Shown: positions 10,064 to 18,582, numbered from the stretch's first letter. The stretch: 64,000 nt of DNA from Synergistales bacterium (GCA_963666205.1 OY762654.1:2816001-2880000); one strand, 5' to 3'. Program-made: numbers and translations. Notes: generated from the sequence alone by a model not told the origin.

Positions 10064-10098
10064 GGCCCTCTTCATCCAGTAGGGGGCCATTTTTATTG
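10064..10098 (+). terminator. Terminator after the small ORF
   Basis: GGCCCTCT...AGGGGGCC stem followed by ATTTTTATT. Confidence 0.65.
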
Positions 10099-10208
10099 AC
10101 AAGAAATACCTTGGTTTCACTTTGCGACCTGGAATTGATTAAAACATATCATAGTGATATGCTAAACAGATGAAATAGGTAAAATTCTGATGAAGGAAGT
10201 GACTGGAT

Positions 10209-10619
10209 ATGTCAGGGAGTATTAGAAGAACGAGTGAATTGAATTTCCTGGTAGTGTTCCTTTTAATAATTTTTTGTTGTACTATGGCCTTTGCCTATAA
10301 CAAGGAAACCGTTGTGTCCATTGACCCTCTTATGATAAATAATCAGATTGCAGAAGATAATATAACTTCAGAAAAACTTATCTTCCTTTCCGGTTCCGTT
10401 GCATCTCGTCCCGGAATTACCGCCCTTACATGGCGAAACAATAGAGGTGGAGGAGGTCAGGCAATTCTCAGGATAGGCAATTATAAGGAACCAAATCTCA
10501 ATGGCAAATGGTTCATAGGTGCTATACCATTAATGTATGGTAAAAATATTATTACAGTTACAGCCAGGGATATTAAAGGAGTTCGAAGTCCTGAACAGAT
10601 AATAGTGATTAGAGATTGA
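10209..10619 (+). CDS. Hypothetical exported protein, possible single Ig-like beta domain
   Basis: Hydrophobic signal-like stretch ending AFA; LSGSV...W...IPLMYGKNIITVTARD pattern. Confidence 0.6.
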   Translation: MSGSIRRTSELNFLVVFLLIIFCCTMAFAYNKETVVSIDPLMINNQIAEDNITSEKLIFLSGSVASRPGITALTWRNNRGGGGQAILRIGNYKEPNLNGKWFIGAIPLMYGKNIITVTARDIKGVRSPEQIIVIRD

Positions 10620-10696
10620 GTATTTGCGGAAAGTGTTTTAAACTTAATCTCGTAAAGACAATCTTTACTTACTTAGTGCTAAAAAGTAAATAGTGT

Positions 10697-10725
10697 TTGA
10701 CAAAATGAAGTTAATGATTTATAGT
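10697..10725 (+). promoter_or_regulatory. sigma70-type promoter upstream of the riboswitch
   Basis: TTGACA-17 nt-TATAGT. Confidence 0.7.
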
Positions 10726-10744
10726 CTGAAACTGAGGTAGTTTT

Positions 10745-10833
10745 TTTATACGAAAGGGCAAAATCGTCGAAAGGCGATGACGCAAAACCACGGGTCTAAA
10801 GCCGGAAGGCTATGATGGCCGGGTTGCCGAAGA
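10745..10833 (+). ncRNA. Cyclic di-GMP-I (GEMM-I) riboswitch aptamer
   Basis: AGGGCAAA-ATCGTC-GAAA-GGCGAT-GACGCAAAACC...GGTCTAA...TATGATGGCCGGGTTGCCG matches the GEMM-I consensus (GNRA tetraloop and receptor). Confidence 0.93.
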
Positions 10834-10845
10834 CATGGTTTATAG

Positions 10846-10880
10846 ATGAGCCTTCGGGAAACCGGAAGGCTCATTTTTTT
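10846..10880 (+). terminator. Riboswitch expression-platform terminator
   Basis: ATGAGCCTTC...GAAGGCTCAT stem plus T run. Confidence 0.88.
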
Positions 10881-10910
10881 GAAGTTATACATTATCATGG
10901 GGGTGATCGT

Positions 10911-11429
10911 ATGGCCGGTCTCAGCAGTGCTGATATTTTTTCAATTCTGGAAGAAGAAATAGGTAAAAATGACCAGGAACGGCAGTCAAATGATCCAAAA
11001 TCTGATGGAGAGATAATTATTCAGAATTCCGATAACCCCGGTACGATCGTCCAGACCGGTTCAGAAGTAAATAACGCTGTTGATAGCTCCCGAAAAGTAA
11101 TAGCCCATGACTTCACCAGACCTATGAATGATGCACCCTCAAATGCAGAAGCCACAACTTCATCTTCCTACCGGTCAGAATTTGCTGCTACCGGAACTGA
11201 TGATGTTCAGGGATATACCCCTTCTCCTGAGAGAGGGAAGGAAAGTCGAGGTGCCAAAATGAAAAAGACCCTTAGGATACGCCAGGTTGGAGAACAGATC
11301 AATGTTCGAGTTTTTGTTGATGGCGAAGAGCTATGTGGAATGGCTTTGACAAAGGAAGCAGGAAACAGCATTTCCCTTGCCGGGGTAAACCTTTTTATTG
11401 AAGGGGACGAAACGGTTCTGGAAGTATAA
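10911..11429 (+). CDS. Hypothetical protein under c-di-GMP riboswitch control (172 aa)
   Basis: GGGGGTGA RBS before ATG 10911. The ORF-track start at 10812 lies inside the riboswitch and is unlikely. Confidence 0.8.
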   Translation: MAGLSSADIFSILEEEIGKNDQERQSNDPKSDGEIIIQNSDNPGTIVQTGSEVNNAVDSSRKVIAHDFTRPMNDAPSNAEATTSSSYRSEFAATGTDDVQGYTPSPERGKESRGAKMKKTLRIRQVGEQINVRVFVDGEELCGMALTKEAGNSISLAGVNLFIEGDETVLEV

Positions 11430-11453
11430 AATCTGTCCTCTGAGTATTGATCT

Positions 11454-11479
11454 AAGAGGGGATTTTCCCCTCTTTTTTT
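11454..11479 (+). terminator. Intrinsic terminator
   Basis: AAGAGGGGA-ttt-TCCCCTCTT plus T run. Confidence 0.8.
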
Positions 11480-11804
11480 ATTTTCATAAATAGGTTCTTT
11501 TAGAGCAAAATAAGTTATAGGAACCAGTTAACCTCTCCATTATGTTTGATATCGGTAACCGGACAAGTTGATATTTTAACCTATAATCCTTTTCTGCCAG
11601 ACAAGCCTTTTATCCCTATCCTCCAGGAAGTATAATTTACAGAGTAAAAAGATAAATCAGTAGTGCAAAAACTGGTATCATAGATGTCTGGATGGGCATA
11701 TCCTGTGTTATTTTGTAAAACAACAGGATATGTGAAGTTATACTTGTGATGGAAACTTTTCCATGAATCAATGAGGGATAATTTAATAACAGGAGGTACA
11801 AAAA

Positions 11805-12305
11805 ATGGATTTTATTCTTTCCAGAAGGAGCATCAGGAAATATACAGCAGCACCGGTAGAAGAAGAAAAAATTTCATCTCTTTTAAGAGCTGCAATGAGT
11901 GCACCTTCGGCTCATAACCAGCAGCCATGGGTGTTTGTGATAATTGATGACAGAGAAGTCCTCGATAGGATCCCGGAGTTCCATCCCTATTCCAGTATGC
12001 TTCTGCACGCGCCCATAGCTATTCTAGTTTGTGCTGATACTTCGAATCTTTCAAGTCCTGAATTCTGGCCTCAGGATTGTTCTGCCGCTACAGAAAATAT
12101 TCTTCTTGCAGCTAATTCCTGTGGTCTTGGATCCGTATGGCTAGGTGTTTATCCACGTGAAGAACTTATGAGCGGCCTTTCCAGGTTATTGCAGTTACCT
12201 GAAAACATCCAACCCTTTTCTTTGGTCTCTCTGGGATATCCGGCCACGGAAAAAGTTGCGTCCAAACGTTTTGATCCGGCAAGGATTCACCGGAATCACT
12301 GGTAA
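11805..12305 (+). CDS. Nitroreductase family protein
   Basis: RRSIRKY, APSAHNQQPW, QDCSAATENILLAA, GLGSVW, SLGYP. Confidence 0.93.
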   Translation: MDFILSRRSIRKYTAAPVEEEKISSLLRAAMSAPSAHNQQPWVFVIIDDREVLDRIPEFHPYSSMLLHAPIAILVCADTSNLSSPEFWPQDCSAATENILLAANSCGLGSVWLGVYPREELMSGLSRLLQLPENIQPFSLVSLGYPATEKVASKRFDPARIHRNHW

Positions 12306-12323
12306 ACCTGGAAAGGAAAAACA

Positions 12324-13901
12324 ATGAAGAAGCTCAAGGCTGCATGTATTCAGATCCAGGCGATGGATGTTACAGATTATCTTGAGGCCGAGAGGCAGAT
12401 CCTTGATAGTATTGTGGATGCCTGCGAAAAAGGTGCAGATCTTATCATCCTTCCTGAGTGTGCATATCCTTCCTACTATGTAGGAAATGATCCGTTGTCA
12501 TTTTCCAGAGCAATGGAGCATTTTAATGAACTGGCCCACACAATTTCTGAACTGGCTAGAACATACCAAGTTCATGTCGCATCAGGATTTCTGTCCATTG
12601 AGAATGATCACCTCTATAACATGGGAATACTCTGGGGTCCTGACGGAAAAGAAGTCGGACGGGTACGAAAATCGAATATGTGGCATTTTGATTCGAAATA
12701 TGTACATTACGGAAAAGATTTTGATGTATGGGACACAGAGATCGGAAAAATCGGAATGATCATCTGCGCAGATGGTAGAGTACCCGAAATAACCCGCATC
12801 CTGGCTCTTCGGGGAGCAGAGATAATTATAGATATGGCCAATCTTGTCACTACAGGAAGAGACATTGCAAGTCTTTCCAATCCCCAGGTCGAATATATGC
12901 TGCCAGCAAGGGCCAGGGAGAACGGTGTATGGCTCCTCATGGCTGATAAAGTCGGTCTCGAAGCAGGTACAGTCCTTAATACAGGATTGAGCTGTATTAT
13001 TGATCCATTCGGGAATGTGCAGATCAAGGCTTCGTCAGACAAACCTGAGACTATTATGGCAGATATTGTTCTGAACGGTGAAAGACCCTATATTCCTTCG
13101 AGAAAACCAGAGTTGTATCGGTCACTGGTAAGACCTCATGACGAATTGCCTGTGACAGCAATGATGTCTGAATATATCTTTTCAGGAAAAAGGGAAGTGT
13201 TTTCTTCAGTTGTACATTTTTCTTATTCTTCGACATCAGAATATATTAAAAAGGCGGTTTCCTTCACAAGAATCCTGGAAGATCAGGGAAGTTCCCTGAT
13301 AATGCTTCCTACCTTAAGAGAAAACATTCCGATTCCCGAGATTGAGAGTGAACTAAGAACAAATCTTTCATCTCCTGATGTGATCGTTGCCTTATCAGGG
13401 TATGTCAATAATGGAGATCTAACCAGGAGGTCGGCTTCTCTTTTTACCATAGACGGAAACCTCGGCTATTTCTTTGCGAATCATGGCGGGTTCTTCTCAT
13501 CCAATTCTCCACTTGTTCCCATTAAAACACCTTCAGGGAACCTGGCTGTCATCTTTGATGAGGAGGGGCTTGTCCCGGAAGTATCAAGGTGCTTAATGCT
13601 TGAAGGAACAGAGATCCTTCTATGGTTCGATGTCGGTAATTCTAGATTTTCCGAGATATTAAGCAGGACAAGGGCTTCTGAAAACAGGATCTTTTTAATG
13701 AGGAATGGAATTTGTGACGGTGATTCCCACGGGATTATCATTGCTCCATCTGGTCAGGTAACATCTGCAGCTATTCCAGGGACGGACCAGGCTGTATCTG
13801 CTCTTCTTTCAAGGGCTCTTGCCAGATCGAAGACAGTAGTACCTGGAACAGATGTGGTTTTGGGTAGAAGACCGGAACTTTATCAGCAACTTGTAAGATA
13901 A
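12324..13901 (+). CDS. Carbon-nitrogen hydrolase (nitrilase superfamily) with two tandem domains
   Basis: N-domain triad LPEC / RKSN / ICADG; both halves have an RAxEN motif and end in R(K/R)PELY. Confidence 0.88.
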   Translation: MKKLKAACIQIQAMDVTDYLEAERQILDSIVDACEKGADLIILPECAYPSYYVGNDPLSFSRAMEHFNELAHTISELARTYQVHVASGFLSIENDHLYNMGILWGPDGKEVGRVRKSNMWHFDSKYVHYGKDFDVWDTEIGKIGMIICADGRVPEITRILALRGAEIIIDMANLVTTGRDIASLSNPQVEYMLPARARENGVWLLMADKVGLEAGTVLNTGLSCIIDPFGNVQIKASSDKPETIMADIVLNGERPYIPSRKPELYRSLVRPHDELPVTAMMSEYIFSGKREVFSSVVHFSYSSTSEYIKKAVSFTRILEDQGSSLIMLPTLRENIPIPEIESELRTNLSSPDVIVALSGYVNNGDLTRRSASLFTIDGNLGYFFANHGGFFSSNSPLVPIKTPSGNLAVIFDEEGLVPEVSRCLMLEGTEILLWFDVGNSRFSEILSRTRASENRIFLMRNGICDGDSHGIIIAPSGQVTSAAIPGTDQAVSALLSRALARSKTVVPGTDVVLGRRPELYQQLVR

Positions 13902-14002
13902 GAAAATGAACTTTCTTCGTATTTTCTGTTATTAACCGAGGAGGACTTTAAAATATCTGAATTTCTTGATACAATTCTCGCCGTCCCAAAGATTGAATTC
14001 TT

Positions 14003-14530
14003 ATGGGGGAGTGTGTTCTCTCTGTGATTTATGAACAGGATAGGCAGTTCATGAAGGCAGCTATTGAACAGGCCCTTGTTGCTGAGCAGGAAGGGAATGT
14101 TCCTGTAGGAGCCGTTATAGTAAAGGACGGAGTCCTAATATCTTCCGGTCATAATATAAAAACCAATGACCCGACTGAACATGCGGAAATAATTGCTATA
14201 AGAAAAGCCTGTTTGAAACTGGGACATTGGAATCTTAAGGGATGTACTCTCTATGTGACACTTGAGCCATGTTCCATGTGTGCGGGAGCCATTGTTCAGG
14301 CGCGTATCAGTCAGCTTGTCTACGGTGCAGATGATCCGAAAGCAGGAGCATGCGGAACATTATATAATATTGTTAACGATCTCAGACTTAATCATCGGAG
14401 CAGAATCAGAAAAGGTGTAATGGCCGAAGAATGTGCTGCGCTGTTGCAGGAATTCTTTATTCGTAGAAGGTCAAATATGACGTGGAGGGATGGCCGAGTG
14501 GTCGAAGGCGGTCGACTCGAAATCGATTAG
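14003..14530 (+). CDS. tadA: tRNA adenosine(34) deaminase (start may be GTG 14024)
   Basis: VPVGAVIV, DPTEHAE, LYVTLEPCSMCAGA, DPKAGACG, LNHR. Confidence 0.93.
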   Translation: MGECVLSVIYEQDRQFMKAAIEQALVAEQEGNVPVGAVIVKDGVLISSGHNIKTNDPTEHAEIIAIRKACLKLGHWNLKGCTLYVTLEPCSMCAGAIVQARISQLVYGADDPKAGACGTLYNIVNDLRLNHRSRIRKGVMAEECAALLQEFFIRRRSNMTWRDGRVVEGGRLEID

Positions 14531-14576
14531 GCAGTTCATAGCTGCCTCGTGGGTTCAAATCCCACTCTCTCCGCCA
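14484..14576 (+). tRNA. tRNA-Ser(CGA)
   Basis: GGAGGGA acceptor stem, anticodon arm GTCGA-CT-CGA-AA-TCGAT, long variable arm, GGTTCAAATCC, discriminator G plus encoded CCA. Confidence 0.95.
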
Positions 14577-14633
14577 ATTTAAATTTTGATAGTAGAAAAA
14601 TTTCCAAGAAGTTGTTATAATACCCTGCGTTGC

Positions 14634-14721
14634 GGAGAAGTGGCCGAGTGGTCGAAGGCGGGCGCTTGGAGAGCGTCTGAACCGTGAGGTTCCGTGGGTT
14701 CAAATCCCTCCTTCTCCGCCA
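14634..14721 (+). tRNA. tRNA-Ser(GGA)
   Basis: GGAGAAG/CTTCTCC acceptor stem, GGCGC-TT-GGA-GA-GCGTC anticodon arm, long variable arm, GCCA end. Confidence 0.95.
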
Positions 14722-14750
14722 TTTTTGTATTTTAAGATCGACATATGAAT

Positions 14751-14885
14751 AGGGCAGTTCTCTGCTGGAGGCTCAGTCCTGTGCGGCGAAGGCCCGCGAA
14801 CCCCGCCAGGTCCGGAAGGAAGCAACGGTAAGCGGTGATCTTTGGGTGCCACAGGTCAGCTGGGTCTCCAGCAGAGAACTGCCCT
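14751..14885 (+). ncRNA. ffs: Signal recognition particle RNA (small, 4.5S type)
   Basis: Helix-8 signature CAGGTCCGGAAGGAAGCAAC inside one long hairpin closed by a perfect 20-bp stem. Confidence 0.93.
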
Positions 14886-14909
14886 TTCTGTATCATATAA
14901 ATGTCTTTT

Positions 14910-15224
14910 CTATTCTTCGAGGTTTACTCCGGTGGGTGCTACGTCTATCAAGGCATTGATAAGTTTTTCAAGATTTTCGATATCAGGCTCAGCTGCTTCA
15001 CTAAGGCAATCAGTTATGGAATTCTTCAGGATAACGATACAAGCCTTCTGCATAGCTTTTCTTGCGGCTGAAAGCTGGAGTAGGATGTCGTAACAGGCTT
15101 TATCTTCAATGATCATTCTCTGGATGCCCCTTAACTGTCCTTCAACCCTTCTCAACCTGTTGAGCATGGCTTTTTTCTCTTTGGGTAAATTATCCAACTG
15201 GTCAATAAGTGATGCCTTTGCCAT
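14910..15224 (-). CDS. CsoR/RcnR-family transcriptional repressor
   Basis: LNRLRRVEGQLRGIQRMI..C.DILLQLSAARKA signature. Confidence 0.92.
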   Translation of the reverse strand: MAKASLIDQLDNLPKEKKAMLNRLRRVEGQLRGIQRMIIEDKACYDILLQLSAARKAMQKACIVILKNSITDCLSEAAEPDIENLEKLINALIDVAPTGVNLEE

Positions 15225-15293
15225 TATTAAAATCCTCCCCTATGGGTATCTTTAGTTAGTGAAAATACTGGGTATATATTACTAACAGGAAAC

Positions 15294-15452
15294 TTGAAGG
15301 TCAAGAGCAATTTATGTTATACTTTCCGGCGGCCCTTATCACACACATGGATTGATGGTCCTGGTGGTGCTGGATAGATAGTCCCTTGATCCAGTTCCAG
15401 GCCCAGCAGATGTTCATGGAGGGAAACTGAACTAAATTTAGGAGGGATTATT
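15294..15452 (+). promoter_or_regulatory. rpsB promoter and structured S2 leader
   Basis: TTGAAG-18-TATACT with extended TG; about 120-nt leader with CACAC, GGTGC, a CTGGAT/ATCCAG stem and a GGAGG RBS. Confidence 0.6.
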
Positions 15453-16271
15453 TTGGCAGTAGTTAGTATGAAACAGCTTTTGGAGTGTGGTGTACATTTT
15501 GGTCATCAGACCAGGCGCTGGAACCCAAAGATGAAACCTTACATCTTTACTGAGAGAAACGGCGTTTACATCATCGATCTTCAGAAAACCGTCAAGGGTC
15601 TTGAGAATGCTTACAATTTTATTCGTGAAGTATCCAAGGATGGCGGTAACATTCTTTTTGTCGGAACCAAAAGGCAGGCCCAGGAAACTGTAAAGGAAGA
15701 AGCTCTTCGATGTGGACAGTATTACATTAATCAGCGTTGGCTCGGTGGGCTTATGACTAATTTCCAGACCATTCGTAAGCGTGTTAACCGTATGATCGAG
15801 CTTCGTAAAATGGATCAGGAAGGTGAACTTGACAAGTATTCAAAGAAGGATGCGATCCTTCTCAGAAAACAGCTCGCAAAACTGGAAAAATATCTCAGCG
15901 GAATAGCGAATATGAAGGGTGTTCCTGATGCAGTATTTCTTATAGATCCTCGTCGTGAGGATATCGCTGTTCTTGAAGCCAGAAAACTTGGTGTTCCTGT
16001 TGTAGCTATTGTTGATACCAATTGTGATCCTGACTTCATCGATTTCCCAATTCCCGGTAATGATGATGCTATAAGAGCTATCAAGCTCATTGCGAAGCTT
16101 ATGGCAGATGCATTTATTGAAGGCAGACAGGGTATGGATGGTGCCGTAGAAGTTGAGGAAACTGCAGATGAACCTGTCGACCTTTCTGACGACGATATAA
16201 TCGAAGTCAAGGAAAGGCTTCACGAGACATATGAGAGTGATGGAGAAACTCCCGTCGCTGATGTTGAATAA
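15453..16271 (+). CDS. rpsB: 30S ribosomal protein S2
   Basis: [39 protein letters not shown] start. Confidence 0.98.
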   Translation: MAVVSMKQLLECGVHFGHQTRRWNPKMKPYIFTERNGVYIIDLQKTVKGLENAYNFIREVSKDGGNILFVGTKRQAQETVKEEALRCGQYYINQRWLGGLMTNFQTIRKRVNRMIELRKMDQEGELDKYSKKDAILLRKQLAKLEKYLSGIANMKGVPDAVFLIDPRREDIAVLEARKLGVPVVAIVDTNCDPDFIDFPIPGNDDAIRAIKLIAKLMADAFIEGRQGMDGAVEVEETADEPVDLSDDDIIEVKERLHETYESDGETPVADVE

Positions 16272-16309
16272 ATAGAAAAGTTTTTTGACCCTAAGGAGGA
16301 TTATTTACT

Positions 16310-16903
16310 ATGGCTGTTGATGCAAAGACAGTTAAAGAACTCAGAGATCGTACAGGCAGTGGGATGATGGATTGCAAGCATGCCCTTGTAGAAACAGATG
16401 GAGATATGGAAAAGGCCATAGATTATCTAAGGGAAAAGGGACTGGCTAAGGCTGCGAAAAAGGCTTCCAGATCTGCCCAGGATGGCAGGATCTTTACTTA
16501 TATCCATACTAACGGCAAGATAGGTGCCATGGTCGAACTTAATTGTGAGACTGATTTTGTCGCCAAAACTGATGAATTCCAGGGACTTGGACATGAGCTT
16601 TGCATGCAGATCGCTGCTGCTGCTCCCCAGTATGTCAAGCCTGACGATATTCCCGAGGATGTTATTAATAGAGAAAAAGAAATATATAAACAGCAGGCTC
16701 TCGAAGAGGGTAAACCGGAAAAGATACTCGAAAAGATCGCAGAAGGTAAGCTTAACAAGTTCTATGAAGTCAGTTGCCTGATGGAACAGTCCTACATTCG
16801 CGATGGAGACAAGAAGATCAACGATCTTATTGTTGAGAATATAGCTAAGCTTGGTGAAAATATTGTCGTAGGTCGGTTCTCACGTTTCTCAATCGGTGAA
16901 TAA
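16310..16903 (+). CDS. tsf: Elongation factor Ts (short form)
   Basis: [31 protein letters not shown]. Confidence 0.98.
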   Translation: MAVDAKTVKELRDRTGSGMMDCKHALVETDGDMEKAIDYLREKGLAKAAKKASRSAQDGRIFTYIHTNGKIGAMVELNCETDFVAKTDEFQGLGHELCMQIAAAAPQYVKPDDIPEDVINREKEIYKQQALEEGKPEKILEKIAEGKLNKFYEVSCLMEQSYIRDGDKKINDLIVENIAKLGENIVVGRFSRFSIGE

Positions 16904-16916
16904 CATGTTTTTCCAG

Positions 16917-16949
16917 GGGCGAGACAATTAAATGTCTCGCCCTTTTTTT
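16917..16949 (+). terminator. Terminator after tsf
   Basis: GGGCGAGACA-attaaa-TGTCTCGCCC plus T7. Confidence 0.88.
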
Positions 16950-17021
16950 GTACTATAATTTTCTATTGGAACAGGACAAGAACACTATTCAATATAAATA
17001 TCTTACCGGGGGGGATTATTC

Positions 17022-17744
17022 TTGACTTCATATAAGAGAGTCTTACTCAAGCTTTCAGGCGAAGTGTTAGCCGGGTCGCTCGAGAGCGGACTGGATTTTG
17101 ATGCTATCAGATCTATCTGTGAAGAAATTGCCCAGGTTGCAAAAGAGGGAATAGAAATAGCCGTGGTAGTAGGTGGAGGGAATATACTCCGAGGTAAAGA
17201 TGCAGCAGAACAGGGTATCGAAAGGTCTCAGGCTGATTACATGGGAATGCTGACAACAGTTATCAATGCCCTGTCCTTGCAGGACACCCTTGAAAAGCTG
17301 GGCATCCCCACCAGGGTTCAGACAGCTGTAGAGATGAGACAGATAGCCGAACCATTCATAAGAAGGAGAGCTCTTCGGCACATAGAAAAGGGCCGTATTG
17401 TTATTTTTGCAGCAGGAACCGGCTCTCCCTATTTCTCAACAGATACGGCCGCTGCTCTTCGTGCGGCTGAAATTGGTGCTGACTGCTTATTGAAAGCAAC
17501 TAAAGTAGATGGTATATATAATAAAGATCCTCTTAAAAACGAGGATGCAATTCTGCTTCACAGGCTTACCTACATGGAGGCCCTGCAGAGTCAACTTTCA
17601 ATTATGGACGCAGCAGCGTTTTCCCTTTGTATGGAAAACAGGATTCCTATGGCTGTGATCAACATCCTCAGCAGAGGAAATCTTGCCAGATTCCTTCTTC
17701 AAGGCGAAGAAATTGGGACGATTGTTTCATCAGATAAGGAGTGA
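17022..17744 (+). CDS. pyrH: UMP kinase
   Basis: RVLLKLSGE, VGGGN, DYMGML, GSPYFSTDTAAALRA, ATKVDGIY. Confidence 0.97.
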   Translation: MTSYKRVLLKLSGEVLAGSLESGLDFDAIRSICEEIAQVAKEGIEIAVVVGGGNILRGKDAAEQGIERSQADYMGMLTTVINALSLQDTLEKLGIPTRVQTAVEMRQIAEPFIRRRALRHIEKGRIVIFAAGTGSPYFSTDTAAALRAAEIGADCLLKATKVDGIYNKDPLKNEDAILLHRLTYMEALQSQLSIMDAAAFSLCMENRIPMAVINILSRGNLARFLLQGEEIGTIVSSDKE

Positions 17745-17751
17745 TCTCAGG

Positions 17752-18312
17752 ATGCCGCAAAAGGAAATGAAAGAACTTAAAGAAAAGATGCAGAAGGTAG
17801 TAGACCACCTGGCAGAGGAGTTTGTAGGAATACGGACCGGTAGAGCCCATCCTGCTCTGGTCAGCGATATAAAGGTGGAATACTACGGTGCTCCTACACC
17901 TATTAAACAGCTTGCTACAATCAATATCCCGGAAGGTAGGGCGATTGTAATTTCACCATTTGACAAGAATATCCTTAAAGCAATCGAAAAGGGTATCCTT
18001 GCTTCATCCCTGGGTGTCACACCTCAGAGTGACGGAGATGTAATCAGAATAAACCTTCCAGAGCTTACGAATGAAAGAAGAGTTGAGCTCACCAAGATCG
18101 TCCGAAAATATGCTGAAGAAGCAAAGGTTATCGTAAGGAATCTCAGAAGGGATTCTAATGACAATTATAAAAAAATGGAGAAAGATTCTGAGATAAGTGA
18201 AGATGAAATGCACAAGTACATAAAAGATGTACAGGACGTAACCGATGAATTTATCAAGAAGGTGGACCTGGTCCTGAAGAAAAAAGAAGAAGAGATAATG
18301 TCTGTTGATTGA
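17752..18312 (+). CDS. frr: Ribosome recycling factor
   Basis: IRTGRA, VEYYG, PELTNERR, RNLRRD; start moved to ATG 17752 after an AAGGAG RBS. Confidence 0.96.
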   Translation: MPQKEMKELKEKMQKVVDHLAEEFVGIRTGRAHPALVSDIKVEYYGAPTPIKQLATINIPEGRAIVISPFDKNILKAIEKGILASSLGVTPQSDGDVIRINLPELTNERRVELTKIVRKYAEEAKVIVRNLRRDSNDNYKKMEKDSEISEDEMHKYIKDVQDVTDEFIKKVDLVLKKKEEEIMSVD

Positions 18313-18334
18313 GATCTTTATTAAAAATCTATTT

Positions 18335-18367
18335 AAAGGGAGTGCATTTTTATGCACTCCCTTTTTT
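18335..18367 (+). terminator. Terminator after frr
   Basis: AAAGGGAGTGCAT-tttt-ATGCACTCCCTTT plus T run. Confidence 0.88.
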
Positions 18368-18582
18368 AATCAGAAAATCGTTTTTATGTATCGATCAGAT
18401 ACCTGGAATGGATATTGATTGTTGAAATCTTTAGTTTCTCTGTAAAAATATTATTTATAAATGGATATAGCAATGAATTCTATTCCCGTTTCCACGCGAT
18501 ATGAAAAGGAGATTGGAAAAAAGGCAGATGATGTAAGAACCCTATCCGTCCAGTTGTTGGAATCTGGATCTCAGGTACAGAA

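Noticed and set aside
9991-10173. 60-aa GTG ORF
   Set aside because: It has no convincing RBS and crosses a terminator; the 9897-10004 ORF has much better signals.
10812-10910. N-terminal extension of the 205-aa ORF in the track
   Set aside because: It runs through the riboswitch and its terminator; the RBS supports ATG 10911.
14484-14721. Long-variable-arm tRNAs as tRNA-Sec (selC)
   Set aside because: The anticodons are CGA and GGA with 7-bp acceptor stems, so both are ordinary tRNA-Ser.
14842-15093. 83-aa plus-strand ORF
   Set aside because: It overlaps the SRP RNA and is antisense to the CsoR-family gene.
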